Of a DNA stretch of 29,522 nucleotides, positions 19,388 to 29,331 are shown in pieces. This stretch comes from Coleofasciculus chthonoplastes F2-STO-03 (GTDB lineage Bacteria; Cyanobacteriota; Cyanobacteriia; Cyanobacteriales; Coleofasciculaceae). The translations under genes were made by a program, and so were the position numbers. The notes under the pieces are model-generated. The model searched no databases. It was not told where the DNA came from and saw nothing but the letters and a program-made list of their open reading frames with translations. The stretch is taken from NCBI GenBank assembly GCA_040222015.1, contig JAVJWO010000122.1, forward strand, positions 1 through 29,522, read 5' to 3'. Within the stretch, counting starts at the first letter, position 1. Every line of letters begins with the position of its first letter.

Positions 19388-19563
19388 AAAATAAATAGCT
19401 CATTATTTGCCTACTATCTATAGGGTCAAAGGAAATTAAATAATATTCATCTTGCTGAAGTAATACAATTTCTGTTTAATCGTGCAACGAATACACCCCT
19501 CGTTCTATCGCCCGGAGGAGTCGGATATGGTGCAACATTCTGGAGAATTGGTATAGTAACTGA

Positions 19564-19669
19564 TATAGCAGTAGACACATCGATTAGGGGAAACAGAATC
19601 TCTGGATACGTTCCACGCCTTACGTCTCTAAGAGTCATCTGTGTCCTAACCTCCTTGGAGGTTGCTATA
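19564..19669. mobile_element. ~106-bp MITE-like element with TATAGCA/TGCTATA termini and an internal degenerate REP
   Basis: TATAGCA at 19564-19570 and TGCTATA at 19663-19669; internal GATACGTTCCACGCCTTACGTCTCTA resembles the REP at 7994-8022. Confidence 0.55.
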
Positions 19670-19724
19670 CCTAACTGCCATTATAGAACCATTTTCTTCC
19701 CAAGTTTTTGTGGTTTATTTAATA

Positions 19725-22535
19725 TTAATTTTGGTCGCCTGCTGACTTTCTCAGGTTTGGCGTAGATTTTTGGGTTTGGTTCAATTGCTGTAAGATGCTC
19801 TCCAGTTCTTGTTGATATTGACCATATTTTTGCCAATTCCCTTGACGCATGGCTTCCTGTGCTTTTTGATAGGTTTCCAAGGCGGATTGGGCGAGTGTGG
19901 ACACCCCTTCTTTGGGTGGAGCAGAGGGTGGAGCAGAGGGTGGAGCCGCAGTAGGTTGTTGCACGTCTGCTTGGGTTCCGCCAAAGATAGTGGCTAAAGC
20001 TTCCTCTAAGGTTTCTTCCATAACCACTTCTTTCGCATAAGCAACAATTACCCGCTTCAATTCTGGAAGTTCGCCTTGTTCAGCCCGCAGATAAACGGGT
20101 TCGACATACAGTAATGATTGGTCAATGGGAATCACTAATAAATCGCCGCGAATTACTCGCGATCCTTCCTGACTCCATAGGGTTAATTGTTGGGAAATTT
20201 GCGGATTTTGGTCAATGCGAGCTTCAATTTGGGATGGACCATAGACGAGTTTTTGTTTCGGGAATTCGTACAAGAGCAATTTGCCATAGTTTTCCCCATC
20301 AGAACGCGCTGCCATCCACGCAATCATGTTATCTTTATTGACGGGCGTAAAGGGCAGAATCAGAATAAATTCTTCACTTGATGCTTCGGGTAAACGCATG
20401 ATCACATAGTAAGGCTGCATGATCTGCTCATTCCCTTCATAAATTTCCGTGGGAAAGCGCCACAAATCCTCCCGGTTATAAAAAACTTGGGGATTATTCA
20501 TGTGGTAGGACAGATACATTTGCCCCTGAATAGTGAATAGATCTAGGGGATAGCGGAAATGCGCTTTTACCTCAGCAGGAATCGCGTCGTTGGCGGTAAA
20601 TAAAGTGGGAAATATTTTGCGATAGGTTTGCAGTACCGGATCATCTTCATCAACAACCACAAACTGCATCGTACCATTAAAGGCATCCACGACAACTTTA
20701 ACCGAGTTGCGAATATAATTGATATCGCCTAGAGACATTTGGGCGATATCGCCGCCTTGGACTATGGCGCTAGCATTATGACTTTGGGAAACAGGTTCAG
20801 AATAGGGATAGCGATCGCTTATTGTATAGGCATCAATAATCCACTGCAATCTGCCGTTAATTAGGGTAATGTAGGGGTCTTTATCAAACCTCAAAAAGGG
20901 TGTAATTTGGCTCACCCGTTCCTGAATCTGGCGATGGTAATGAATGCGGGAGGTGTTGATAAAGTAATTGGAGATTAAAATTTTAAGATCGCCTAAATCA
21001 TACGCATAGGCTAATCGTTGCCAAAGGGAAGGAATGGGTACACCCCCTTTTCCTTCGTAGGTAGTGAAGGCATTTTCATCGCCACGGGGATAGTCAAATT
21101 CTTGGGTATTTGTACCTGTAAATATATAGGTGTCGGTTTCTTCGCCATAGTAAATGGCGGATTCATCCACCTGAAGATCGACTTGGGAGATAGGCGGAAT
21201 ATCTTTGATAAACAGTTCGGGTAAGCCATCCTCGGTGACTATATTAACCGGACTCATCACCAAACCATAGCCATGGGTATATTTTAGCCGTTCGTTGACC
21301 CAAGTCTGAGCGCGATCGGGTACTTGGGAATACACTAATTCCCTGGGTGAAAGCATGACCTGTCTATAATTATCATCAATGGTATAGCGATCAACATCGA
21401 CATCCTTAAATCGATAGTAAAGGCGAATTTCTTGGAGTTGGCGATAGGTACTTAATAACGGTCGATAATCCCACAAGCGAATGTTACGAATCGTGGATTG
21501 GTTTTCTTGCAACGCTTGACGACTTAATTGTTCTTCCGCTGGATAGTCCTGGGTTGGTACTTCGTCTAAATCATAAGCTTTGCGCGTATAGGCGATATTA
21601 TGTTCAATGTAGGGCTTTTCTTTTTCTAATTCATTCGGTTCGACAATAAATCGTTGTTGAAACCAGGGAAAAAGACCACTGAAGACGAGAAAAGCAATGA
21701 GATAAATCCCGATTCCGTAGGTGGGTAAGGTAATATTGTTTTGCCAAATTGCCAGGATAAACGACAAGCCCAGAACGAGTGATACAATGCTCATAATCCA
21801 GTATGCCAGACGCTGAGCATGAGCATCGGTGTACCCTGCACCATAGACGACACCATCGCCTGTGTAGAGTAATTCGTAGCGTTCTAACCAAAAGCCGATC
21901 GCGACAACTAAGGCAATTCCAGCTAACAGTAAACTGAGATGGGTTTTCAAATCTTTAGTGAGGAAACGTTGCCAGTATCGGTCTAACCGTATTTTGCTTT
22001 TTAACACATAAACGGCAACAGCTAGAACAAACGCCCAGCTTAAGAGAGTCAACACCCAATCTTTTAACCCCTCATAGAAGGGAAACTGAAACAAGTAAAA
22101 CCCAATATCCTGTTGATAAATGGGGTCGGTCAGATTAAACTCGGTGGCATTCAGATATTTTAATATCGTCTCCCAAGCTGATGCACTGGTGGTAGCGGCG
22201 GCTAAACTGATCAGGAAGATGACCACTAAGACGGCGGAATTGGCGATAGTATCGGTATAGGGGGCTAAATCACTACCGTCTAGGAAATGAAACGCGCGAT
22301 CGCGAGTTAGACGTTGTGCCATCCAGTAGTTAAACCACAAGAATAGTCCGTAAATAATAAAGGTTCCCACCCAAGCCATAATTTTCCAGGTGATCCGCGT
22401 CCAGAATACATCTGAAAAGTTAACGGAATCAAACCACCAGGCTTCTGTGAGAATGTGAACCAGGGTGTGAGAGAAGGGTAAGCCGATGATAACGACTAAT
22501 AGAAAGCCTATGATAATTTTATTGGCTGATTTCAT
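19725..22535 (-). CDS. UPF0182 family membrane protein
   Basis: About 7 N-terminal TM segments, GAGYTD, IVEPNELEKEKPYI..NI..TR.AY.L, NIRLWD, YTHGYG, NYIRNSVKVVVDA, VYGPSQIEARIDQ. Confidence 0.95.
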   Translation of the reverse strand: MKSANKIIIGFLLVVIIGLPFSHTLVHILTEAWWFDSVNFSDVFWTRITWKIMAWVGTFIIYGLFLWFNYWMAQRLTRDRAFHFLDGSDLAPYTDTIANSAVLVVIFLISLAAATTSASAWETILKYLNATEFNLTDPIYQQDIGFYLFQFPFYEGLKDWVLTLLSWAFVLAVAVYVLKSKIRLDRYWQRFLTKDLKTHLSLLLAGIALVVAIGFWLERYELLYTGDGVVYGAGYTDAHAQRLAYWIMSIVSLVLGLSFILAIWQNNITLPTYGIGIYLIAFLVFSGLFPWFQQRFIVEPNELEKEKPYIEHNIAYTRKAYDLDEVPTQDYPAEEQLSRQALQENQSTIRNIRLWDYRPLLSTYRQLQEIRLYYRFKDVDVDRYTIDDNYRQVMLSPRELVYSQVPDRAQTWVNERLKYTHGYGLVMSPVNIVTEDGLPELFIKDIPPISQVDLQVDESAIYYGEETDTYIFTGTNTQEFDYPRGDENAFTTYEGKGGVPIPSLWQRLAYAYDLGDLKILISNYFINTSRIHYHRQIQERVSQITPFLRFDKDPYITLINGRLQWIIDAYTISDRYPYSEPVSQSHNASAIVQGGDIAQMSLGDINYIRNSVKVVVDAFNGTMQFVVVDEDDPVLQTYRKIFPTLFTANDAIPAEVKAHFRYPLDLFTIQGQMYLSYHMNNPQVFYNREDLWRFPTEIYEGNEQIMQPYYVIMRLPEASSEEFILILPFTPVNKDNMIAWMAARSDGENYGKLLLYEFPKQKLVYGPSQIEARIDQNPQISQQLTLWSQEGSRVIRGDLLVIPIDQSLLYVEPVYLRAEQGELPELKRVIVAYAKEVVMEETLEEALATIFGGTQADVQQPTAAPPSAPPSAPPKEGVSTLAQSALETYQKAQEAMRQGNWQKYGQYQQELESILQQLNQTQKSTPNLRKSAGDQN

Positions 22536-23073
22536 AATTTTTTAATTAACTCACCGGAATCCATAAGCCATAATCCAACCCTAACACGAATGTTACGGAC
22601 TAACCTAAGTTCGTCGTTGCACTTCAGCGCTAAAAATCCTAGCATCGCCCACTACAAATCCATAAGTCAGTGCTATTATTCTGCAACATCAGGTTTCCAA
22701 CTCACTGGTAAGGTATCAGCGCTCCTAATTATAGTAAAGAGACATCATTTTTTCCTCTAACAAACGGTATAAAAACATTAGCTTGGTAATTTTTTTGTCA
22801 CATTGTTACAAAAAGCTAGTTCTATAAAAGATATGAATTAATAAATTAACTATCAACATAAATTGTCAATTGCACATAAAAGTTGAGATTTTTTATCAAT
22901 AAAAAACTACTTTAAATTTAATTTTGATTAGGAACGACTAATAATTACTGACATACCTACCAGAAGAGAGATGAGATATTAGTAATAAATCGCTACAGTG
23001 ATTACTGTATCGAGCGAGGTTGCTACTTATCCATTGATGTAACTGATGCTTTTGACGTTATCAGGAGATATTT

Positions 23074-24483
23074 ATGAGACTCATTCACAACACAATTTCC
23101 CTATTGGGTCTAACTTCAATTCTTATCAGCCCAGTTGCTGCTAGTGCCATCCAACCAGCCCAAACTCGTGCTACCACAACTGACAACTACATTGCCCAAA
23201 CCACTACAGAGGATTTTGTCCAGCAAGGAGTACAAAAATTAGAAATAGGTGACTTGAGAGGAGCAATAGAGGACTTTAATCAGGCGATTAAGATTGAGCC
23301 TAATTTAGCCTCAGCATACTTCATTCGAGGGCAAACCTATATGTTACAGGGAGAATTTAATAAAGCAATTACTGATTTTGATCAAGCCATAGAAATTGAC
23401 GCAAACTTTGCTCACTCCTATAATAATCGAGGGGTAGCTCGCCTGCAAATGGGTAATTTTGAAGGCGCGATCGCAGATTTTAACCAGGCGATTGAAATTA
23501 ATCCTACCTTAGCTATGGCTTATAACAATCGGGGTTTTATTCGCCTGCAAATGGGTAATTTTGAAGGCGCGATCGCAGATTTTAACCAGGCGATTGAAAT
23601 TAATCCTACCTTAGCTATGGCTTACAACAATCGGGGGTTTGCCCGTATGCAACAGGGAGACATGCAGGACGCGATCGCAGATTTTAACCAGGCGTTGGAA
23701 AATGACCCTAGCGATATCATGGCATATAATAACCGAGGATTCGCTCATCTACAACAGGGAAATATTCAAGAAGCAATTGCTAATTTTAACCAAGCGCTCA
23801 AGATCAAGCCTAATTACGCCCAAGCCTATGAAAACAGAGGAATCGCTTACTTGCAACAGGGAGATATTACAGATGCAATTGCCGACTTTAATCGAGCCAT
23901 CAAGATCAAACCTAATGATGCAAAAGCCTATAATTAAATAGGATTCGCCCATCTGCAACAGGGAAATATTCAAGAAGCAATCACTGACTTCGACCAAGCA
24001 CTTGAGATTAATCCTAACTTGCCTATGCCTTACAACAATCGAGGACTGGCTCATCTATACCAGGGAAATATTCGAGAAGCAATCACTGACTTCAACCAAG
24101 CACTTGAGATTAATCCTAATCTTGTTTTAGCCTATAATAACCGTGCAAATGCCCGTTTAGAACAGGGAAAATTGAAAGAAGCCATTGCTGATTTGAGTCA
24201 GGCGATTGAGATTAATCCTAACTATGCTCAAGCCTACTCAAATCGTGGGTTTATCCGTCTGCAACAGAACGATTTGCAAACAGCCCTCACTGATCTTAAC
24301 CAGGCAATTGAAATTAATCCCAACTACACCTCTGCCTACTATGGTCGCGGGCTTACCCGTGTTCAACTCGGTAATGAAGAAGCTGCGATCGCGGATTTCC
24401 AGCAAGCCGCCGATTTATCCAGACAACAGGGCAATATGACAATTTACCAAAATGCCCAACAACAAATTCAGCAGCTTCAGTAG
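23074..24483 (+). pseudogene. Secreted TPR-repeat protein, copy 1, interrupted by an in-frame TAA at 23935-23937
   Basis: ORFs 23074..23937 and 24019..24483 share a frame, and the TPR register continues across the stop (AYN*IGFAHLQQGN). Total 1410 bp, the same length as copy 2. Confidence 0.88.
23439..23640 (+). repeat. Near-identical 102-bp tandem duplication (one TPR unit)
   Basis: Units start at 23439 and 23541 (TCGCCTGCAAATGGGTAATTTTGAAGGCGCGATCGC...). Confidence 0.92.
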
Positions 24484-24498
24484 TGCTTATGTGTGTGT

Positions 24499-24521
24499 GG
24501 GCGCAAGCCTTGCGCCCCTAC
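24499..24521 (-). repeat. GTAG-type REP palindrome; degenerate copy at about 26041-26059
   Basis: GGGCGCAA-gcc-TTGCGCCC-CTAC. Confidence 0.75.
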
Positions 24522-24615
24522 AACGCCCCTTTCTATGAAAGTACCGCACACGCTGGATAACCGCTATACATGATTCATAAATTTGAGTGCAATACGTCGT
24601 TAGTAGGAGACATTT

Positions 24616-26025
24616 ATGAGACTAATTTACAGAACAATTTCTCTATTGGGTTTAACCTCAATTATTATTAGCCCAATTGCTGCTAGTGCAATCCAATTAT
24701 CCCAAATTCGTGCTACCACAACTGACAGTTACATTACCCAAACTACTACAGAGTATTTTGTCCAGCAAGGAGTACAAAAATTAGAAACAGGTGACTTTAG
24801 AGGAGCAATTGAGGACTTCAATCAGGCGCTCGACATTAACCCCAACTATGCCCCAGCTTACAACCACCGGGGTGCTGCTTTTCTGAAACACGGAGAGATC
24901 CAGAAGGCTTTTGCTGACTTCGAGCATGCCATCGAACTTGACCCAAACTTAGCTCTAGCCTACAACAATCGGGGATTGCTTCATTTGAAACGCGGTAACC
25001 TTCAAGAGGCAATAGCTGACTTTAATCAAGCTATCCAACTTGACCCTCACTCCGCTATAGCTTACAACAATCGGGGATTAGTTCGCTTGAGACAGGGAAA
25101 CTTTCAAGGAGCAATAGCTGACTTTAATCAAGCGCTCAATATTGACCCTAATTATGCTCAAGCTTATGACAACCTAGGACTTGTTCACTGGCAACAAGGA
25201 GACATTCAAGGGGCAATTGCTAACTTTAACCAAGCGCTCAATATTAAACCTAATTATAGTTCAGCATACAACCATCTAGGAGCTGTTGATTTTCAACAGG
25301 GAGATATTCAGGATGCGATTGCTGAGTTCAACCAAGCTATTAAATTTGATCCCAACAACGCTCAAGCCCATTATAACCGGGCAGTTGCCTACCTGCTACA
25401 AGGTAATATTCAAAAGTCGATTGCTGATTTCACACAAGCAATTGAACTTAATCCCAATTATACTGAAGCTTACAATAATCGGGGACTTTTGTATCGAGAA
25501 CAGGGAAAGCTAGAGGAAGCTTTGGCTGACTTCAGTAAAGCAATTGAGATTGAACCTAACTTAGCTATTGCCTACAGCAACCGAGGTACTATTTACCTGA
25601 AACTTATAGAAATACAGAATGCTATCAGCGACTTTACTCAAGCTATTGAACTGAACCCCAATTATGCTATGGCTTACAACAACCGGGGATTTGCATATCT
25701 GCAACAGGGAGAAATGCAGAAAGCTTTTGCCGATTTGAACCAGGCAATTGAGATTAATCCCTATCTAGCTCTCGCCTACGCGAACCGGGGACTTGCTCAT
25801 CGAAAAATAGGAGACATTGAGAGTGCCGTCGCTGATTACACTCAGGTAATTGAGATTATTCCCAATAAGGCTGCAGCTTACTACCAACGAGGAACTGCAC
25901 TTGTTCAATTAGGTAAAAAAGAAGAAGCGATCGCGGATTTCCAAAAGGCGGCAGATTTATCTAGACAACAGGGTGACATGACGCTTTATCAAAATGCCCT
26001 TGACCAAATTCAACAGATTCAGTAG
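24616..26025 (+). CDS. Secreted TPR-repeat protein, copy 2 (intact, about 12 TPRs)
   Basis: Signal peptide, 34-aa A.AYNNRG...G....AIADFNQAI...P repeats, RBS AGGAGA. Confidence 0.93.
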   Translation: MRLIYRTISLLGLTSIIISPIAASAIQLSQIRATTTDSYITQTTTEYFVQQGVQKLETGDFRGAIEDFNQALDINPNYAPAYNHRGAAFLKHGEIQKAFADFEHAIELDPNLALAYNNRGLLHLKRGNLQEAIADFNQAIQLDPHSAIAYNNRGLVRLRQGNFQGAIADFNQALNIDPNYAQAYDNLGLVHWQQGDIQGAIANFNQALNIKPNYSSAYNHLGAVDFQQGDIQDAIAEFNQAIKFDPNNAQAHYNRAVAYLLQGNIQKSIADFTQAIELNPNYTEAYNNRGLLYREQGKLEEALADFSKAIEIEPNLAIAYSNRGTIYLKLIEIQNAISDFTQAIELNPNYAMAYNNRGFAYLQQGEMQKAFADLNQAIEINPYLALAYANRGLAHRKIGDIESAVADYTQVIEIIPNKAAAYYQRGTALVQLGKKEEAIADFQKAADLSRQQGDMTLYQNALDQIQQIQ

Positions 26026-26144
26026 TGCTTATGTGTATGTGGACGCAAGCCTTGCGCCCTTTTATGAATGTACCGCACCCGCTTGATACCTGCTATATAT
26101 GATTCAGAAATTTGAGTTCAATACGTCGTTAGTAGGAGACATTT

Positions 26145-26298
26145 ATGAGACTAGTTCACAGCATAATTTCCTTATTAGGTCTAACCTCGTAATATTCAAA
26201 AGTCGATTGCTGATTTCACACAAGCAATTGAACTTAATCCCAATTATACTGAAGCTTACAATAATCGGGGACTTTTGTATCGAGAACAGGGAAAGCTA
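26145..26298 (+). pseudogene. TPR gene copy 3 remnant
   Basis: Same RBS and start (MRLVHSIISLLGLTS*), joined to 110 bp identical to 25403-25512. Confidence 0.85.
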
Positions 26299-26400
26299 AT
26301 TGATTCATACATAATGGAGATTAATCTCGCTGGTTAATACACCCTCCCTCAAGGAGTATATTTGTTAGCAAGCGTTAGCAAAAAGGTATTGGAACACAAT

Positions 26401-26592
26401 ATGAACACGATCGAATCTATCGTTCTCAGAGAACTCCGCCAACTGCCCCCAAGTCAACAAAATAAAGTTTTAGATTTTGTGCAATTTCTCCGCAGAAAAT
26501 CTCCCAATATTCCGAAAAAAAGTGTTAGAGGACTCTGTGCAGATCTGCCCTTTGACTTAACCGATGCTTTTGGGCGCAATCATCGTCTGTAG
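26401..26592 (+). CDS. DUF2281-like small protein (putative antitoxin), probably C-terminally truncated
   Basis: IESIVLRELRQLPPSQQNKVLDFVQFL..K...KKSVRGLCADL pattern; no toxin gene follows. Confidence 0.65.
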   Translation: MNTIESIVLRELRQLPPSQQNKVLDFVQFLRRKSPNIPKKSVRGLCADLPFDLTDAFGRNHRL

Positions 26593-26628
26593 TCTACTAA
26601 CTTGAAAACTGCCGTAAGTTGGGTATTA

Positions 26629-26678
26629 GTAGCGAGCAAGATGCAAAGCCTGCGGCATGGCTTCGCTTAACGCACTAC
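26629..26678. repeat. REP palindrome with a nested ~26-nt short dispersed repeat
   Basis: GTAGCGAGCAAGATGC [AAAGCCTGCGGCATGGCTTCGCTTAA] CGCACTAC. Confidence 0.55.
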
Positions 26679-26764
26679 AAGGATTTCGTAATTGTTGACA
26701 TTAAGGGTTGAATGTTGAACTGCTTAATCCTCACCCAACGAGGCAGCAAACATCCTTTGCTGAT

Positions 26765-27838
26765 TTAACCATAAATTTTTCGGTAGTAATCTTTATACTC
26801 CTTCGACAGCAACGGTTCCCACCAATCCCGATGGGTCAAATACCATTCAACGGTACTACGTAATCCTCCTTCAATGGTTTCTTGAGGCGTCCAACCCAGT
26901 TTTGCCTTAATTTTGCGAGCATCAATTCCGTATCGGCGATCGTGTCCCGGTCGATCTTTGACCAAAGAAATTAACTTGTTACTCGGAGAAACTGGCAAAT
27001 CTGAAGCTAACTCATCCATAAGCTGGCAAACCATCTGTACCAAATCCAGATTTTTGATTTGGTTATTACCGCCAATGTTATAGGTTTCGCCGGGAGTTCC
27101 TTGGTGAATGACTAAATCAATTGCCTGACAATGATCATTCACATAAAGCCAATCTCGAACCTGCTGTCCATCCCCATAAACAGGTAAAGGTTGACCCAAC
27201 ATGATGTTAATGCACATCAGGGGAATCAACTTTTCGGGAAACTGATAAGGACCATAGTTATTGGAGCAATTGGTAATTAGTGTGGGGACGCCATAGGTAT
27301 GATGATAGGCACGAATGATGTGATCACTACCCGCTTTAGACGCCGCGTAGGGACTGTTGGGTTTATACGGTGTCGTTTCACTAAACAACGGGTCATTCGG
27401 ATTCAAACTGCCATATACTTCATCTGTAGAGACATGGAGGAAGCGATCGCTCTTGAGAGATCCCCGCTTTTTCCAATGCTGGCGAAAGGCTTCGACTAGA
27501 GTGGACGTACCCAGAACATTCGTTCTCACAAATGCTTCGGGTCCCAAAATTGAGCGGTCAACATGGGATTCTGCTGCAAAGTGGGCAACGGTATCAATCG
27601 TCTCACTGCGGAGTAAAGCATCAACGAGAGTGCGATCGCAAATATCTCCCGCTACAAATCGAAAATTTTCTCGTCCCTCGACTGACTCTAGATTACGGCG
27701 ATTGCCGGCGTAACTGAGCAAATCGAGAACAACAACTCGATCCTCTGGGTAGCGATCGCACCAGTGATGGACGAAGTTGGAGCCAATAAACCCCGCTCCA
27801 CCTGTTATGAGTATGCGGCGAGGTTCTCGTGAAGGCAT
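26765..27838 (-). CDS. rfbB: dTDP-glucose 4,6-dehydratase
   Basis: ILITGGAGFIGSNF, HFAAESHVDRSI, HVSTDEVYG, PNSPYAASKA, NCSNNYGPYQFPEKLIP, DRPGHDRRY. Confidence 0.97.
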   Translation of the reverse strand: MPSREPRRILITGGAGFIGSNFVHHWCDRYPEDRVVVLDLLSYAGNRRNLESVEGRENFRFVAGDICDRTLVDALLRSETIDTVAHFAAESHVDRSILGPEAFVRTNVLGTSTLVEAFRQHWKKRGSLKSDRFLHVSTDEVYGSLNPNDPLFSETTPYKPNSPYAASKAGSDHIIRAYHHTYGVPTLITNCSNNYGPYQFPEKLIPLMCINIMLGQPLPVYGDGQQVRDWLYVNDHCQAIDLVIHQGTPGETYNIGGNNQIKNLDLVQMVCQLMDELASDLPVSPSNKLISLVKDRPGHDRRYGIDARKIKAKLGWTPQETIEGGLRSTVEWYLTHRDWWEPLLSKEYKDYYRKIYG

Positions 27839-27966
27839 AATGACTTGGGTTCCTTTTTGCTGTAATCTCGGAGGGGATAATTATAACCGTCGATCATCTT
27901 AACATCTGGTTGGGGATCAAGCATTAGACTGATCAAAAAAAGATTGATAGCAAATGCCCATCTTGG

Positions 27967-29331
27967 CTAGAGTGTTGGCACAATAACCGAATTCTCCCGT
28001 GGCTTTGAGGCTTCGGGTGTATCCTCCGGTGAGGGTTGGGGGTTGGCTGATTCTTCCGGTTGGGCTGTTTTTGAATCGGACTCTGAAGTTGTTTCTGATG
28101 GCGATTGTTGTCCAGAATTCGTCGGTTCGCGATCCGAGGTTGGCTGATTGTCCGAGGCAGAGTTATTAGAATCCGATTCCTCAGACGCCTCCGGATTCAC
28201 GGGTTGAGGCGTTGGGGAATTAGAAGGCTCAGGATTTTGATTCGAGGCTTCTGGAGGTGTTGGCTTCGGGCAAACTTTTTCTTGACCGGAAAACTGGACA
28301 GATACCCGGTATTCCTGCGGCTGTTCCGTGCGATTTAGAAAACGCTGAGCGTTAATTTGCTCCTGTGCTTTTTGATCGAGAATGGGATCACCTGCCCGTC
28401 GAATCATTTGTAAATTCGTCGGTTTGCCATCAGCGCCGACAACGACACTATACATGGCTGTGCCGTTAAGCTGCTTCTGGCAAGCGGCTTGGGGATAGGA
28501 AGCAACCAATGTTCTTTGGAGTACAGGCGGAGGTTCTACTTTATCGGCTTGAGCGCGAGTGCTATTTTCGGCTTGGTTAGGCTTATCTTGATCAGCGATG
28601 GGATGATCGGATTCTGATGCGGATTCTTCCGGATTTGGCGTTGGCTCATCTTCATTAGCGGAGGGAGCGGTATCTGGATTGAGAGCAACTAGCTTTTTGT
28701 CTTTGGGATCTTCCGGTGGTTTAGAGTGGGGAGTCGTCAACAAGGCTGAGTTGCGATCGCGTAATTGCGCTGCCAAACGATCAATACTCGGCGTCGGCTC
28801 TGTTTCTGTTGAGCTCGATTCAGGATTTGTTGTTCCTAGGGGAGGCGGTGGCGGAAGTTGGCTGGGAAAAACTGGGATTCCTAGATTTCTCCTCATGGAT
28901 GGAAATGGAGTACTCGGTTGATTCAGGGAGATTCGGGTTCGGGTTCGTTTCCGAGTCGAAGACGATGACGGAATTTTTAACGATTGTGAAGGAGGAGCCA
29001 CCGAGATGGTGCCGTCGAGGGGTAAAGACTCTTGGGGAAGGGGAGAGGGGAGAGAGGGAAGCGGTGGGAATGGCGATTGTAATGGTGTCTGCTGATAAAT
29101 ATACGGGGGAATCGTTGGCAACGATAAATCGGGTAGGCGACTCAAATCGGCTTCGCTTAATTCCAACATTTGTACAGTTCGCCGCGTCGGTGGCGCTTCA
29201 TTGGAAAAAACGGGGACATAAAAGGGTAAGGTGAGCCCCAAGATGACATGAATACCCACCGATGCCATAACCGCGATTCCGGTTGGCTGATTGAGTTTCT
29301 CGGAAACCGTTTTAAATAAGAGATTAGACAT
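27967..29331 (-). CDS. TonB C-terminal domain protein (energy transducer TonB-like)
   Basis: N-terminal TM with S..H (ASVGIHVILG), long Pro-rich linker, YPQAAC.KQLNG......VGADGK......R.AGDPILDQKA, acidic tail. Start likely ATG 29331. Confidence 0.75.
   Translation of the reverse strand: MSNLLFKTVSEKLNQPTGIAVMASVGIHVILGLTLPFYVPVFSNEAPPTRRTVQMLELSEADLSRLPDLSLPTIPPYIYQQTPLQSPFPPLPSLPSPLPQESLPLDGTISVAPPSQSLKIPSSSSTRKRTRTRISLNQPSTPFPSMRRNLGIPVFPSQLPPPPPLGTTNPESSSTETEPTPSIDRLAAQLRDRNSALLTTPHSKPPEDPKDKKLVALNPDTAPSANEDEPTPNPEESASESDHPIADQDKPNQAENSTRAQADKVEPPPVLQRTLVASYPQAACQKQLNGTAMYSVVVGADGKPTNLQMIRRAGDPILDQKAQEQINAQRFLNRTEQPQEYRVSVQFSGQEKVCPKPTPPEASNQNPEPSNSPTPQPVNPEASEESDSNNSASDNQPTSDREPTNSGQQSPSETTSESDSKTAQPEESANPQPSPEDTPEASKPRENSVIVPTL

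Larger units (their letters stand above)
2133..28759. repeat. HIP1 octamer GCGATCGC dispersed across the window
   Basis: Examples at 2133, 3601, 7609, 23467, 23569 and 23671; not counted exhaustively. Confidence 0.9.

Noticed and set aside
22764..22774. CGGTATAAA match to the putative guide at 7625-7644
   Set aside because: Only 9 nt, and it misses the scaffold-proximal seed (GAGAG); expected by chance.
22796..22810. TGTCACATTGTTACA as an NtcA or CRP site
   Set aside because: Spacing is TGT-N9-ACA, which fits neither GTA-N8-TAC nor TGTGA-N6-TCACA.
23439..23694. Possible CRISPR array
   Set aside because: The 102-bp period is in-frame TPR coding sequence with no unique spacers, and there are no cas genes.
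25403..26298. Possible diversity-generating retroelement TR/VR pair
   Set aside because: The two 110-bp copies are identical, with no adenine-specific mismatches, and no reverse transcriptase is present in the window.
2211..29234. Numerous short antisense or alternate-frame ORFs inside the large genes
   Set aside because: Shadow ORFs of well-supported CDSs, with no independent motifs.
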